IMG/VR virus record: IMGVR_UViG_3300034072_000375 | Coordinates: 10,819-74,818 of that record | From: a virus | Length of the DNA stretch: 64,000 nucleotides | Direction: 5' to 3' (one strand) | In this document: positions 26,822 to 36,346 of the stretch, in pieces | Layout: the number at the start of each line of letters is the position of its first letter | Numbering within the stretch: the first letter of the stretch is position 1 | Notes under the pieces: model-generated | The model's database searches: none | What the model saw: only the letters and a program-made list of their open reading frames with translations | Told to the model about the DNA's origin: nothing | Position numbers and translations under genes: made by a program

Positions 26822-27685
26822 TTGACGCAGCATTCACAAAGCACAAAAGATAAGATGAAAGCTCTGAGTGAATTGGGGTTTTCTTCGAGGGAGATTGCTA
26901 AACTTGTTCTTGGGTCAGAGACTAAGAAGAGTAGTGTAAATCGGGTGTTGGCTTCTGAGGGAACTACTTCTAAACCAAAGAAGGATACAGAAGATAACTC
27001 TAGAATTTTGTTTATCTCTGATTTGCATATTCCATTCCACCATGAAGACAGCTTTGATTTTCTTCGGCACCTAAAACAGAAGTACAATCCTACACGAGTA
27101 ATCTGTTTGGGTGACGAGCTTGATAAACACAGTCTGAGCTACCACGAGCATGATCCTAATGGTTACTCTGCTGGGCATGAACTTGAGGTTAGTATTCCTT
27201 ACATCAAAGAACTTGAAGAAATCTTTCCTAAGATGGATATCATTGAGTCAAATCATGGTAGCCTAGTGTGGCGTAAAGCTAAGACAAACGGCATTCCGAA
27301 GCACTACATTAAGAGCTATAATGATGTACTTGGAGTAGGTGAAGGGTGGAATTGGAGTTTTGATCTTACTTTGACGCTGCCAAATGGACAGCAGTGTTAC
27401 GTGCATCACGGAAAGAGTTCAGATGTATTGAAGCTAAGTCAACAAAGCGGTATGAATGCTGTTCAAGGTCATTTCCACGAAAGATTTAAGATTGATTATT
27501 GGGCTAACAGTAACGATCTTTATTGGGGAATGCAGTGCGGTTGCCTGATTGATGATGATCAGTATGCGTTCAATTACAACAACGTTAACATCAAACGGCC
27601 TATTGTCGGCACTGGATTGATTATTGATTCTATTCCTGTGCTTGAACCGATGGTACTTGATTCAAAAGGAGATTGGGTAAGATGA
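26822..27685 (+). CDS. metallophosphoesterase with N-terminal HTH
   Basis: GFSSREIAKLV; ISDLHIP, LGDELD, SNH, HHG, GHFH. Confidence 0.85.
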   Translation: MTQHSQSTKDKMKALSELGFSSREIAKLVLGSETKKSSVNRVLASEGTTSKPKKDTEDNSRILFISDLHIPFHHEDSFDFLRHLKQKYNPTRVICLGDELDKHSLSYHEHDPNGYSAGHELEVSIPYIKELEEIFPKMDIIESNHGSLVWRKAKTNGIPKHYIKSYNDVLGVGEGWNWSFDLTLTLPNGQQCYVHHGKSSDVLKLSQQSGMNAVQGHFHERFKIDYWANSNDLYWGMQCGCLIDDDQYAFNYNNVNIKRPIVGTGLIIDSIPVLEPMVLDSKGDWVR

Positions 27686-28041
27686 AACCCTACCTGCACG
27701 GAAGAATTCACGCCAAGAAGTACGGAGGGGTGCCAGAAGACTACATGGATATTGATGATTTCATTGACTCATCTAAATCTTCCGTCCCTGATATTCGCCA
27801 TCGTGCAATCTTGCATAGTAGCTTTGGTTGTTTTATTGTAGAGAAAGTCTTCGGTGCAACTCGCGTTAATTCTGAAGGTAAAACTTACTCTCCCAGAGAT
27901 GTAGCTGAAGACCATATTACGCAAGACCTTGGATTCATTCCAACAATGGAGCAGTACCTGAACAACATGCAAATCCAGCCTTGGATGAACGGCACAGAGA
28001 AACGTAATACTGCTAAAGTCAAGCAGATTTTAATTGACTGA
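27682..28041 (+). CDS. conserved His-rich phage protein (DUF6915-like)
   Basis: KKYGG..EDY..I..FIDSSK...RHRAILH..FG...AEDHI..DLG. Confidence 0.7.
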   Translation: MKPYLHGRIHAKKYGGVPEDYMDIDDFIDSSKSSVPDIRHRAILHSSFGCFIVEKVFGATRVNSEGKTYSPRDVAEDHITQDLGFIPTMEQYLNNMQIQPWMNGTEKRNTAKVKQILID

Positions 28042-28049
28042 TTTACCTC

Positions 28050-28574
28050 TTGAAAGGAGATAATGTGAAGGAAATTTATAAGATTGAAAAAGAGATTCAA
28101 GCCTTGAACAAAGAACGTCAGGACTTGCAAACGAAATACCAAACAAAGATGCAAGAACATCTGAAGGGTTTGACTAAGGCATTCTTCAAGGACAACCCTC
28201 AAGTAACAGCATTCGTATGGACGCAATATACTCCATACTTCAATGATGGCGATGAATGTACTTTTAGGCGTAATGAAATCTCTGTGACGAACTGCCCGCT
28301 AGATGAGATTGATGACGTTCGCTATGATGAATATGAAGGTGAAACTGAAAATGTCTTCGTAAGTGACTTCTCTGATTTGTTCATGAAGAGCGATTACTAC
28401 AAAAATGAACGTCAAAAGATTATTGATTCGGGGGTAGATATCAAAGCTGTGCAGCAGTTCGTGAAGATTCTTGATAGTATTGACGAAGATGTTTACTTGG
28501 AGACTTTTGGTAATCATGTACGAGTAGTTGCTACTGCACAAGGTTTTGATATTGAAGAATACGGTCACGATTAA
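28050..28574 (+). CDS. conserved phage hypothetical protein
   Basis: WTQYTPYFNDGDECTF motif. Confidence 0.75.
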   Translation: MKGDNVKEIYKIEKEIQALNKERQDLQTKYQTKMQEHLKGLTKAFFKDNPQVTAFVWTQYTPYFNDGDECTFRRNEISVTNCPLDEIDDVRYDEYEGETENVFVSDFSDLFMKSDYYKNERQKIIDSGVDIKAVQQFVKILDSIDEDVYLETFGNHVRVVATAQGFDIEEYGHD

Positions 28575-28578
28575 TACT

Positions 28579-28764
28579 ATGAAAATCAAAATCACCAAGT
28601 CAAGTAATAACCGTTCATGGTATGATAACCGCATAGGGGAGACTTTTCACGTCAGACGTATCGACAGTGATTGCTATTGGGTTAAACCCAATCCCGATGA
28701 CCCCTACTCTGGTTGGAACTTTGTTCCGTTTGAGCACTGTGAAATTTATAAGGAGAAAGATTGA
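28579..28764 (+). CDS. small hypothetical protein
   Basis: MKIKITKS..WY...IGETF. Confidence 0.55.
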   Translation: MKIKITKSSNNRSWYDNRIGETFHVRRIDSDCYWVKPNPDDPYSGWNFVPFEHCEIYKEKD

Positions 28765-29231
28765 AAGAACTAACTTACCTATATGAGAACTCCCTGAAGG
28801 CTTGCGAGATTGCAGGGCAGAACCTAGAGATTGAACCAAAAGCACGAAAACAACAACTCTCGTACATCCAAAGTGAAGTACAAGAACTAGCCGAGGCTTT
28901 GGAAGAAACTGATCTAGTAGAAGAGCTGGACGCTTGCATGGACGCGCTCGTTACGATCTTTGGATACATCCAGAAACTAGAGGCACTGGGAGCACGAGTA
29001 GATGTAGCAATGGTAAAGACTGCTGACAATAATCTTTCTAAGTTTCCGACTACACTAGAGGAAGTTCAACAGACGCAAGAGTTCTACAAGACTGTTAAGA
29101 ACAAGGAGACTGTTTTCGGTTATAATTCTGATTACAAACGCTACGTTGTTCGGGATATGAACGGGAAGTACTTGAAGTGTAAAAGTTTTGTAGAGAATGA
29201 TTTGAGTGGTTGTTTTGGTAAAGGAGAATGA
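28761..29231 (+). CDS. MazG-like NTP pyrophosphohydrolase
   Basis: EVQELAEA...EELDACMD...NNLSKF...GKYLK. Confidence 0.8.
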   Translation: MKELTYLYENSLKACEIAGQNLEIEPKARKQQLSYIQSEVQELAEALEETDLVEELDACMDALVTIFGYIQKLEALGARVDVAMVKTADNNLSKFPTTLEEVQQTQEFYKTVKNKETVFGYNSDYKRYVVRDMNGKYLKCKSFVENDLSGCFGKGE

Positions 29232-29704
29232 TGTTTAAACCAACGCATATGGCAGTAGCAAACCTGAAGGGGTTTATTAGTATTGGTCAAGACTGGCAAC
29301 ACGTCTACGATGACTGGTACATTAATGAAGATGGGGTCATGCTTTGTATTGCAAAACATAATCTTTGCAAGATTGAAGATGTTGAAAAGGCAGACATGCT
29401 CCTCCCAACAGACGCTCAAGAACGAAAGCAAATTCCGATTGTCTCTGGGGTACTTGATTACTTTCCACTGGCTATTGCTGAAGTTGCTAAGTGCTCTTGG
29501 GCTGGTAATCAACAGCATCATCCTGACAAAGAACTTCATTGGGATAAGACAAAGAGCACTGACCACGCAGATTGTATTGGACGGCATTTGATTGATCGAG
29601 GTAAGTTCGATACGGATGGTCAACGGCACAGTGCAAAGCTTGCTTGGCGTGCTCTTGCACTGCTTCAGTTAGAGTTGGAAGAAGAAACTAAGAAAGGAAA
29701 TTAA
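29228..29704 (+). CDS. dATP/dGTP diphosphohydrolase (DUF5664-like)
   Basis: RKQIP..SGVLDYFPLAIAEVA...GN..H...W...D...RHL...D.D...HSAKLAWRALA. Confidence 0.8.
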   Translation: MMFKPTHMAVANLKGFISIGQDWQHVYDDWYINEDGVMLCIAKHNLCKIEDVEKADMLLPTDAQERKQIPIVSGVLDYFPLAIAEVAKCSWAGNQQHHPDKELHWDKTKSTDHADCIGRHLIDRGKFDTDGQRHSAKLAWRALALLQLELEEETKKGN

Positions 29705-29706
29705 AA

Positions 29707-29931
29707 ATGGAAAATCAACATCGACAAATTAAAGGCTATCGAGAACTGTCTCAAGTTGAGATTGATCTTATGAACGAAATTAAAACCAAAGGAGCAGAGT
29801 TGGGAGAATTGGTCAATAAACTACGCACTACAGAAGGTCTTGATCAGCGATGGGTAAGCATTGGTGCTACGGATTTTCAAACTGGTCTAATGGCGCTTAC
29901 ACGTAGTGTAGCTCAACCAACATTCTTTTGA
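29707..29931 (+). CDS. acb2: anti-CBASS cyclic-nucleotide sponge Acb2 (Vs.4 family)
   Basis: MENQHRQIKGYRELSQ.EIDLMN.IK...RWVSIG.TDFQTG.MAL.R.VAQP..F closely matches Acb2. Confidence 0.9.
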   Translation: MENQHRQIKGYRELSQVEIDLMNEIKTKGAELGELVNKLRTTEGLDQRWVSIGATDFQTGLMALTRSVAQPTFF

Positions 29932-29942
29932 AAGGAAACACT

Positions 29943-30242
29943 ATGAAAGAGAACAACGAAGTTGTGAGCGCTAAAACTAAAGAAAACAAAATCCAAGAAG
30001 TAAAGCAAGCTATTGAAAAGGTTGCTGAGAATCGGACTTATAAGCTAGGCGATGAAGTGAAAGCTTATGGGAAGAATTGCAAGATTGTGGAGGTGCTTGA
30101 ACCTAACCGTTTTCATGTGAAGAACCTTGACAGTCCTTTTGATTCATTCGTTGTTCTTGAAAATGAAATCGGAGTGGAAGTTCAGAAGAGCGAACACGAT
30201 CCAGATTTGCTGTATCGTAAGGATGATCGTTTTAGTCTTTGA
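29943..30242 (+). CDS. hypothetical protein
   Basis: AAGGA RBS before MKENNE. Confidence 0.6.
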   Translation: MKENNEVVSAKTKENKIQEVKQAIEKVAENRTYKLGDEVKAYGKNCKIVEVLEPNRFHVKNLDSPFDSFVVLENEIGVEVQKSEHDPDLLYRKDDRFSL

Positions 30243-30251
30243 AAGGGAAGA

Positions 30252-31169
30252 ATGAGTTTTAATTCAGTACAAGTAATTCAAGACAGTATCAATCTCAGCG
30301 GTAATCGCATCACTACATACGAGATTGAAACCTACCGTTATATTTGGGCAGAAGTGCTTACGCACAAAATGCTCAATAAGAATGCTCAATCTTCCCGCGC
30401 TGTTCCGGTTAAGTCCGTTCTGTCTATTAATGAATCTGATCCAGTAACACCTATTGTATGGGGTAAGAATCAGGGAGGGATGTCAGCTTCAGAAGTACTA
30501 GAGGGTGTTGAGTTGGAATCCGCTAAGGCTTTGTGGGCAGAAGCTGCTAAGAATGCTTTTATCTTCTCTAAGCGATTGTCTGATATTGGCCTTCACAAGA
30601 TGTGGAGTAACAGGCTCACGGAACCGTTTAGTCGAATCAAAGTAGTGATGACAGGTACTGAGTGGGGCAACTTTGAATGGCTTCGTGATGATCCAGATGC
30701 TGCACAACCAGAGATTGTTGACCTTGCACGAAAGATTAAAGAAGCGAAGGCTGGTAGTATTCCTTTTGAACTTCGTGCCGGTGAGGCTCATGTTCCATAT
30801 GTAGGTAGGCTACGTAATGATCCACGAGAGGGTGTAATCTATCTAGATAGTAACGACGATATCCTTTCTCTTGAAGATGCTTTGAAGATTAGTGCCAGTT
30901 GCTGCGGACAGGTTTCTTACAGAAAACTAGATGACAGTTTTGAGAAGGCGATGGAGATTTATAATCGCTTGTTTGATGGACCTAAACCGCATTACAGCCC
31001 ATGCGAACATCAAGGTATTGCTATGAAAGTTACGAAGTTGCAGCATCTTTCAGTATTCAACCCTAACGTATGGGAAGAAGGTGTTAGCCACGTAGACCGT
31101 GAAGGTAACTTGTGGAGTGCAAATCTGAAGGGGTTTATTCAGCATCGTAAGCTGTTGGAAAATAATTAA
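30252..31169 (+). CDS. thyX: flavin-dependent thymidylate synthase
   Basis: AEVLTHK...NAQSSRA, NRLTEPF, AQPEI, HYSPCEH. Confidence 0.85.
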   Translation: MSFNSVQVIQDSINLSGNRITTYEIETYRYIWAEVLTHKMLNKNAQSSRAVPVKSVLSINESDPVTPIVWGKNQGGMSASEVLEGVELESAKALWAEAAKNAFIFSKRLSDIGLHKMWSNRLTEPFSRIKVVMTGTEWGNFEWLRDDPDAAQPEIVDLARKIKEAKAGSIPFELRAGEAHVPYVGRLRNDPREGVIYLDSNDDILSLEDALKISASCCGQVSYRKLDDSFEKAMEIYNRLFDGPKPHYSPCEHQGIAMKVTKLQHLSVFNPNVWEEGVSHVDREGNLWSANLKGFIQHRKLLENN

Positions 31170-31170
31170 C

Positions 31171-31199
31171 TAGACATTTTAAGAAGTAAGGGGTATAAT
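31171..31199 (+). promoter_or_regulatory. sigma70 promoter for the RNR operon
   Basis: TAGACA-17-TATAAT. Confidence 0.65.
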
Positions 31200-31231
31200 C
31201 GTTATTCCCCTCTTCTTGCGAAAGGAGAAAT

Positions 31232-31576
31232 ATGGCGCTAAACATTGCAGCTTTTGAAGCTATCAGCTTGTCGGAACTAGAAACAGTGATGCCCTGGATC
31301 AATAAAGAATGGATTGATGATAATCCTGATACTTTCAAGCAAATGCTATATGACTGCGGATTGGATGCATTTAATTTTCCAATTGATGAGCAGATGAATA
31401 CGCATCGTAATCGTTTCAATAATATCATTACAACGTGGCGTTGGGTTTGTATGTCTAGAACGGACAAGGCTTGGGTAGAGTCTGGGTACGCATCGCAAGC
31501 ATCTAAGGATCGGGCAACGGGAAATCGCCTGTTAGTAGACTGCTACCGGTTGCGTGGGGAAGTTGAAAGTGAATAA
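31232..31576 (+). CDS. hypothetical protein
   Basis: AAGGAG RBS. Confidence 0.75.
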   Translation: MALNIAAFEAISLSELETVMPWINKEWIDDNPDTFKQMLYDCGLDAFNFPIDEQMNTHRNRFNNIITTWRWVCMSRTDKAWVESGYASQASKDRATGNRLLVDCYRLRGEVESE

Positions 31577-31600
31577 GATTTAATAACAACAAAGGAAATT

Positions 31601-32566
31601 ATGGAAAAATATCTACTTCCGATTAATGAAAGACAGGAGCCAATAGATTTTGCAGAACAACAACTTAAAGTATTTTGGACAGCAGATGAAGTAAAGGTAG
31701 AGAAAGATATTCAGGACGTTTTGGTTAATTTCACAGAGGCTGAAAAGCACGCTGTAATCACCACGCTTAAACTCTTCAGCATTTATGAAACTCACGCAGG
31801 GGACGAATACTGGGGAGAACGGTTTAAAAAGATTTTTGATGGTGCAGAATTTCATCGTATGGCTTCAGTTTTTGCCATGTTTGAACTTGCAGTTCATGCA
31901 CCGTTCTATAACAAAATCAATCAGCTTCTGCATATCGACACCCCAGAGTTTTACCTAAGTTATCTTGATGACTCTGTTCTGAAAGCAAGAGTAGAACATA
32001 TTGGTGCCTTGATTGGTGACCCTGATGACCTTGTATCATTGGCATCTTTTAGTCTTGTTGAGGGTGGTATCCTATACAGCAATTTTGCCTTCTTGAAGCA
32101 CTACCAATCTCAGGGTAAGAATAAACTGATGAACGTAGTGCGAGGAATTAATTTTTCTGTTCGGGACGAAAATATTCACTCAGTAGCTGGAGCATGGTCA
32201 TTTAAGTACCTGAAGGGGTTGCGTAATCTATCAATAGAGCAAGAGGTAGAACTTGAACAGAAGCTTAGATGCGTTGTTCGATTGATCTATGAGCACGAAT
32301 GTCAAATTATTGCAAAACTATTTGAGAAGGGAGACATTCGTGGTATCACTGCTCACCAACTTGAATGCTTCGTTCAGTCTAGATTGAATGAGTGTCTGAA
32401 GGAACTTGGTTATAAAAAGGAATACGAGGTTAAATACAACCCAATCTCAGAATGGTTCTACGATGGAATCAATAAGTTTCAATTTAATGATTTCTTCTCG
32501 GGTCAAGGCAGAGAATATAACCGCAACTGGGATCAATCTGGTTTTGTGTGGAAAGGAAGTGAATGA
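31601..32566 (+). CDS. nrdB: ribonucleotide reductase class I beta subunit
   Basis: FW..DE, E.AVH..FY (radical Tyr), VEG..LYSNF, RDENIH. Confidence 0.92.
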   Translation: MEKYLLPINERQEPIDFAEQQLKVFWTADEVKVEKDIQDVLVNFTEAEKHAVITTLKLFSIYETHAGDEYWGERFKKIFDGAEFHRMASVFAMFELAVHAPFYNKINQLLHIDTPEFYLSYLDDSVLKARVEHIGALIGDPDDLVSLASFSLVEGGILYSNFAFLKHYQSQGKNKLMNVVRGINFSVRDENIHSVAGAWSFKYLKGLRNLSIEQEVELEQKLRCVVRLIYEHECQIIAKLFEKGDIRGITAHQLECFVQSRLNECLKELGYKKEYEVKYNPISEWFYDGINKFQFNDFFSGQGREYNRNWDQSGFVWKGSE

Positions 32567-34266
32567 GTAATATCTATAAAGAACTTAGTGAAGAACGAAA
32601 GCGTCTACAAGTAGAGGGGTTTGTACCTGAGTGGTACAGTACTGGTGGGTATCAGATGTTCAAAGAGAAGTACGAGTACCAGACGGAAGGACGTAGTGTT
32701 CGTGGGCAATTTGAACGAATTGCTAAGACTGCTGCTAAACACCTAATTGGAACAAGATACGAGAAAGAGGCTGAAAGTAACTTCTTCAATCTTTTGTGGA
32801 ATGGCTGGCTATCTCCGAGTACTCCAGTTCTTGCAAACATGGGGACTAATCGTGGTATGCCCGTATCTTGCTCTGGTACAGTAGTAGAAGACTCCGTAGA
32901 TGGTTTCTACAGTAATCTCCGTGAAGTAGCTCTGCTGACTAAATACGGATTCGGTACAGCAAGTGATCTGAGCCATATTCGCCCAAGAGGCAGCAAGATT
33001 AGTGTAGGTGGTAAAGCTTCAGGCGTTATGCCTGTGATTAAAGAGCATGTTCAAGCCATGCGTAGTATTGCACAAGGTACTGCACGTAGAGGAGCATGGG
33101 CTTGCTATTTGGATATTGAGCATGGAGATTTCCATGAAGTAGTTGAGCATATTCTTGCAGAACCTGATGACCTGAACGTAGGTTGGACCATTAAACAATC
33201 TTTCATTGATAGTCTAAACTCCGGTGAAAAAGAAGCTATTGAGCGCTATCAGAAGGCTCTCAAAGTCAAGATGGTTACAGGTAAGGGATATTTCTTCTTT
33301 GTGGATAAGGCTAACGTCAAGCGTCCTGCTATGTATGTAGACAAGGGATTGTTTATTAACAACTCCCAACTTTGTTCAGAGATTATGCTTTTCAACGACA
33401 ATGAGCATACTTACACTTGTGTTCTAAGTTCAATGAATGTAGCTAAATACGATGATTGGAAAAACACTGCTGCTGTTTATTGGGCAACTATCTTTCTTGA
33501 TTGCGTAGCTTCTGAGTTTATTGAAAAAGCTAAGACTGTTCCCGGACTAGAAAAAGCTGTACGATTCACCGAGAAATCCAGAGCGCTTGGTCTTGGTCAA
33601 GCCGGTATCTGTACTTTGTTTCAACAAAAGATGCTGCCATTCGAAAGCTTTGAAGCACACATGCTAAGTCAAGAAGTGGCTGCAACTATTTGGAAAGAAG
33701 CCACTCTTGCAACTAAAGACATGGCCAGCGAACTTGGAGAACCTGAATGGTGCAAAGGATATGATGTACGTAATACCCACCTGATTGCAATCGCACCGAC
33801 CAAAAGTACGGCACTCTTAATCGGGGGTATTTCTGAAGGTATTAATCCTGATCCTGCAATGAGTTATACTCAAATGACTTCTGCTGGTGAAGTAGATCGT
33901 ACTAACCCTGTCTTGCTTGATTTGATGAAGAAGAAAGGTGTCTATACTAAGAAGCACATCCAAGAGATTACGGATGCTCAAGGTTCTGTTCAAGGCGTGA
34001 GTTGGTTGACTCCTGAAGAAAAGGAAGTCTTTAAAACTGCGTTTGAAATTAATCAGAAAGCTGTTCTTCGTCTAGCTTCTGCTCGTAGTAGATACATCGA
34101 CCAGTGGCAATCTCTGAACTTGTTCTTCTCTGCTGATGAAGACCCGGCTTGGATTGCTGAAGTTCATCAAGAGGCTTTTGTTGATCCTAATATTCTTGCT
34201 TTGTATTACGTCTATACACAAGCTGGGGTACAGGCGTCAAAAGGCGAGTGCGAAGCCTGCATGTAG
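32563..34266 (+). CDS. nrdA: ribonucleotide reductase class I alpha subunit (short, no ATP cone)
   Basis: SPSTPVLAN, VSC, RRGA, QLCSEI, APTKST, YY, C-terminal CEACM. Confidence 0.92.
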   Translation: MSNIYKELSEERKRLQVEGFVPEWYSTGGYQMFKEKYEYQTEGRSVRGQFERIAKTAAKHLIGTRYEKEAESNFFNLLWNGWLSPSTPVLANMGTNRGMPVSCSGTVVEDSVDGFYSNLREVALLTKYGFGTASDLSHIRPRGSKISVGGKASGVMPVIKEHVQAMRSIAQGTARRGAWACYLDIEHGDFHEVVEHILAEPDDLNVGWTIKQSFIDSLNSGEKEAIERYQKALKVKMVTGKGYFFFVDKANVKRPAMYVDKGLFINNSQLCSEIMLFNDNEHTYTCVLSSMNVAKYDDWKNTAAVYWATIFLDCVASEFIEKAKTVPGLEKAVRFTEKSRALGLGQAGICTLFQQKMLPFESFEAHMLSQEVAATIWKEATLATKDMASELGEPEWCKGYDVRNTHLIAIAPTKSTALLIGGISEGINPDPAMSYTQMTSAGEVDRTNPVLLDLMKKKGVYTKKHIQEITDAQGSVQGVSWLTPEEKEVFKTAFEINQKAVLRLASARSRYIDQWQSLNLFFSADEDPAWIAEVHQEAFVDPNILALYYVYTQAGVQASKGECEACM

Positions 34267-34275
34267 GAGGAGATT

Positions 34276-34533
34276 ATGAAGTTATTAAAATTTGGAAGTG
34301 CATGGTGCCAATCGTGCAAGACACAAACTGCTCTGTTAAGTTCTATTGATCTTTCTGAGTACATCGTAGAATACATTGACATTGACATTGACAACCTAGA
34401 CAGACAAGCTTTGTCTAAGATGAAAGTTTCTGGTATTCCTACACTGATCATTCAGGATGACCAAGGCAACGAACTGAAGCGCAAGTCCGGGTCTTTGACT
34501 AAAAAGCAACTTCAGGACTTCTTGGGAATCTAA
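34276..34533 (+). CDS. thioredoxin
   Basis: WCQSC, IPTL. Confidence 0.88.
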   Translation: MKLLKFGSAWCQSCKTQTALLSSIDLSEYIVEYIDIDIDNLDRQALSKMKVSGIPTLIIQDDQGNELKRKSGSLTKKQLQDFLGI

Positions 34534-34537
34534 CCCC

Positions 34538-34566
34538 TTGACAACTAAAATCTAATGCTATAAGAT
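34538..34566 (+). promoter_or_regulatory. sigma70 promoter
   Basis: TTGACA-17-TAAGAT. Confidence 0.6.
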
Positions 34567-34605
34567 ACCCCTCATTGGCTCCTTGTCGGTGAGGGGTTTT
34601 ATTTT
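34567..34605 (+). terminator. Rho-independent terminator of the RNR operon
   Basis: ACCCCTCA...TGAGGGGT followed by TTTATTTT. Confidence 0.7.
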
Positions 34606-34623
34606 AACTACTGAAAGGAAGTT

Positions 34624-35751
34624 ATGCTTAACGTACAAAAGTTCTTAACTGAACAGAAAGAACAAGGCAAGTTCACAACGGAATGCTTCAATGCACTGAC
34701 AGAACAATTTGGAATCAAAGTGAAATTTTATGACGAAGAAGGTATCGTTCTATTGGACTATCATCAAATTGATAGTCCAAAGATGCACCCTGTTGTAATT
34801 GAATGCCGGAGCCTTATCTTGGACACTTTCACTTTTGAAGTAGTCTCCCGTAAGTTTGATCGCTTCTTCAACTACGGCGAAGCTCTGGAGTACTACCACG
34901 ACTTTGACCTGTCCCGTTCTGTGATTATGGAAAAGGCGGACGGTTCATTGATTGGTGTCTACAATCACAACGGTAAGTGGCATATCTCTACCCGTGGCAT
35001 GGCTTTTGCAGAAGGTGAACACATTATGGGTGGGACTTTCCGAGACAAGGTACTAGATGCTTTTGAAGTCAATGAAGATGAATTTCAATTAATCTTTAAT
35101 AGTTATCCCAAGAACACTACTTTTGTATTTGAATATACTTCTCCAGAAAATAGAATTGTTACCAAGTATGAAGAGCCTATGATGGTTATTCTGTCAGCAA
35201 ATGATGGAGAAAAGGATTGGGATTATAAAACACTTGTAAAAGACTTGTGGCTACACCCTTTGAACATCCGTCAAGCGCGAGTATATTCCGCAGACGACAT
35301 GGAAGAAGTAGTAAAGCTGGCTAATTCTCTCCCTGACCTGCAAGAAGGCTTTGTAATTTATGACCCTATCGGTAACAAGCGAATGAAGGTCAAAAGTTCT
35401 CTATATGTGGTAGCTCATTCTATTCGTGGCAATGATCCTCTTCCTACAAAGAAGAATCTACTACGTCTATTGTTTACAGGTGAACTTGATGAGTTTATTG
35501 CTTACTTCCCAGAGTGGAAAGAAAAAGCAATTAATATTGAAAAGGAAGTAGAACAGTCTCTTGAAAAGTTAGCTAATGCTTGGGGCTTATTTAAAAATCT
35601 AGAATCTCAGAAGGACTTTGCCATTGCAATCAAGGATGTGAAGTACAATGGTCTTTTGTTTCAAGCTAGAAAAACTAATACTACCTTGCAAGATGTTTGG
35701 GATCATTATTTGAGCGTTGACAAAAAGATTTCTATGTTTGAGAAGGAGTAA
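34624..35751 (+). CDS. T4 Rnl1-like RNA ligase
   Basis: ECRSLIL, FDRFFNYGE, EKADGS, FEY.SPENRIV, EGFV, KVK. Confidence 0.9.
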   Translation: MLNVQKFLTEQKEQGKFTTECFNALTEQFGIKVKFYDEEGIVLLDYHQIDSPKMHPVVIECRSLILDTFTFEVVSRKFDRFFNYGEALEYYHDFDLSRSVIMEKADGSLIGVYNHNGKWHISTRGMAFAEGEHIMGGTFRDKVLDAFEVNEDEFQLIFNSYPKNTTFVFEYTSPENRIVTKYEEPMMVILSANDGEKDWDYKTLVKDLWLHPLNIRQARVYSADDMEEVVKLANSLPDLQEGFVIYDPIGNKRMKVKSSLYVVAHSIRGNDPLPTKKNLLRLLFTGELDEFIAYFPEWKEKAINIEKEVEQSLEKLANAWGLFKNLESQKDFAIAIKDVKYNGLLFQARKTNTTLQDVWDHYLSVDKKISMFEKE

Positions 35752-35753
35752 AC

Positions 35754-36014
35754 GTGCTAACTACTAAACCAAAAGTTCAAATTAAACTCAAGAAACATGA
35801 GTACATCATTGCTGTTGTTCCCGAATACTGCTCTGGGCCGGGATGGTCTAACTCTGTTCTATGGGTGCATATTGCAGATGGAAACACTCGCACCTATAGA
35901 ACCGAAGCTATTCAACCTGATGAACGCAACAGGGATCAATGGGTGCTGTTCAAGGCTGGAGAAGCAATGCATCGAGCCTTGGTTGACTCTGTTATTGTAA
36001 AGAAGGAGAAGTGA
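35754..36014 (+). CDS. hypothetical protein
   Basis: AAGGAG RBS. Confidence 0.65.
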   Translation: MLTTKPKVQIKLKKHEYIIAVVPEYCSGPGWSNSVLWVHIADGNTRTYRTEAIQPDERNRDQWVLFKAGEAMHRALVDSVIVKKEK

Positions 36015-36015
36015 C

Positions 36016-36345
36016 TTGCAAATCCCTAAAGAAAAAGGCTGGGTTATCCGAGGAACTTGTGATAGAGTTTGGTTCCTACCTTATTCTAAAGTTGTTCAAG
36101 ACTACAAGAACTTCATTATGGAATACGATGGTCTGACTGAAGAACAAGCAGATGAGCGGATTGGAGATGAGGATATCTCCTTTTGGTTCTATGAGCAATA
36201 CATCTGGTCAGAAGTTGAAAGAGATGCTATACTTCTGACTAAACCTGTTCCCAAGAAGTACAAGAAGTTCTTGGATTTCTACAGGGACTATGACAGTTCT
36301 GAACCTTGGCAAGATGCTAGTAGAGTAAATTTTAAGGAGGAATAA
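36016..36345 (+). CDS. hypothetical protein
   Basis: AAGGAG RBS. Confidence 0.65.
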   Translation: MQIPKEKGWVIRGTCDRVWFLPYSKVVQDYKNFIMEYDGLTEEQADERIGDEDISFWFYEQYIWSEVERDAILLTKPVPKKYKKFLDFYRDYDSSEPWQDASRVNFKEE

Positions 36346-36346
36346 C

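Noticed and set aside
28761-31169. Z-genome or 7-deazaguanine modification pathway
   Set aside because: No PurZ, DpdA, FolE or QueC/D/E homologue recognisable in this window
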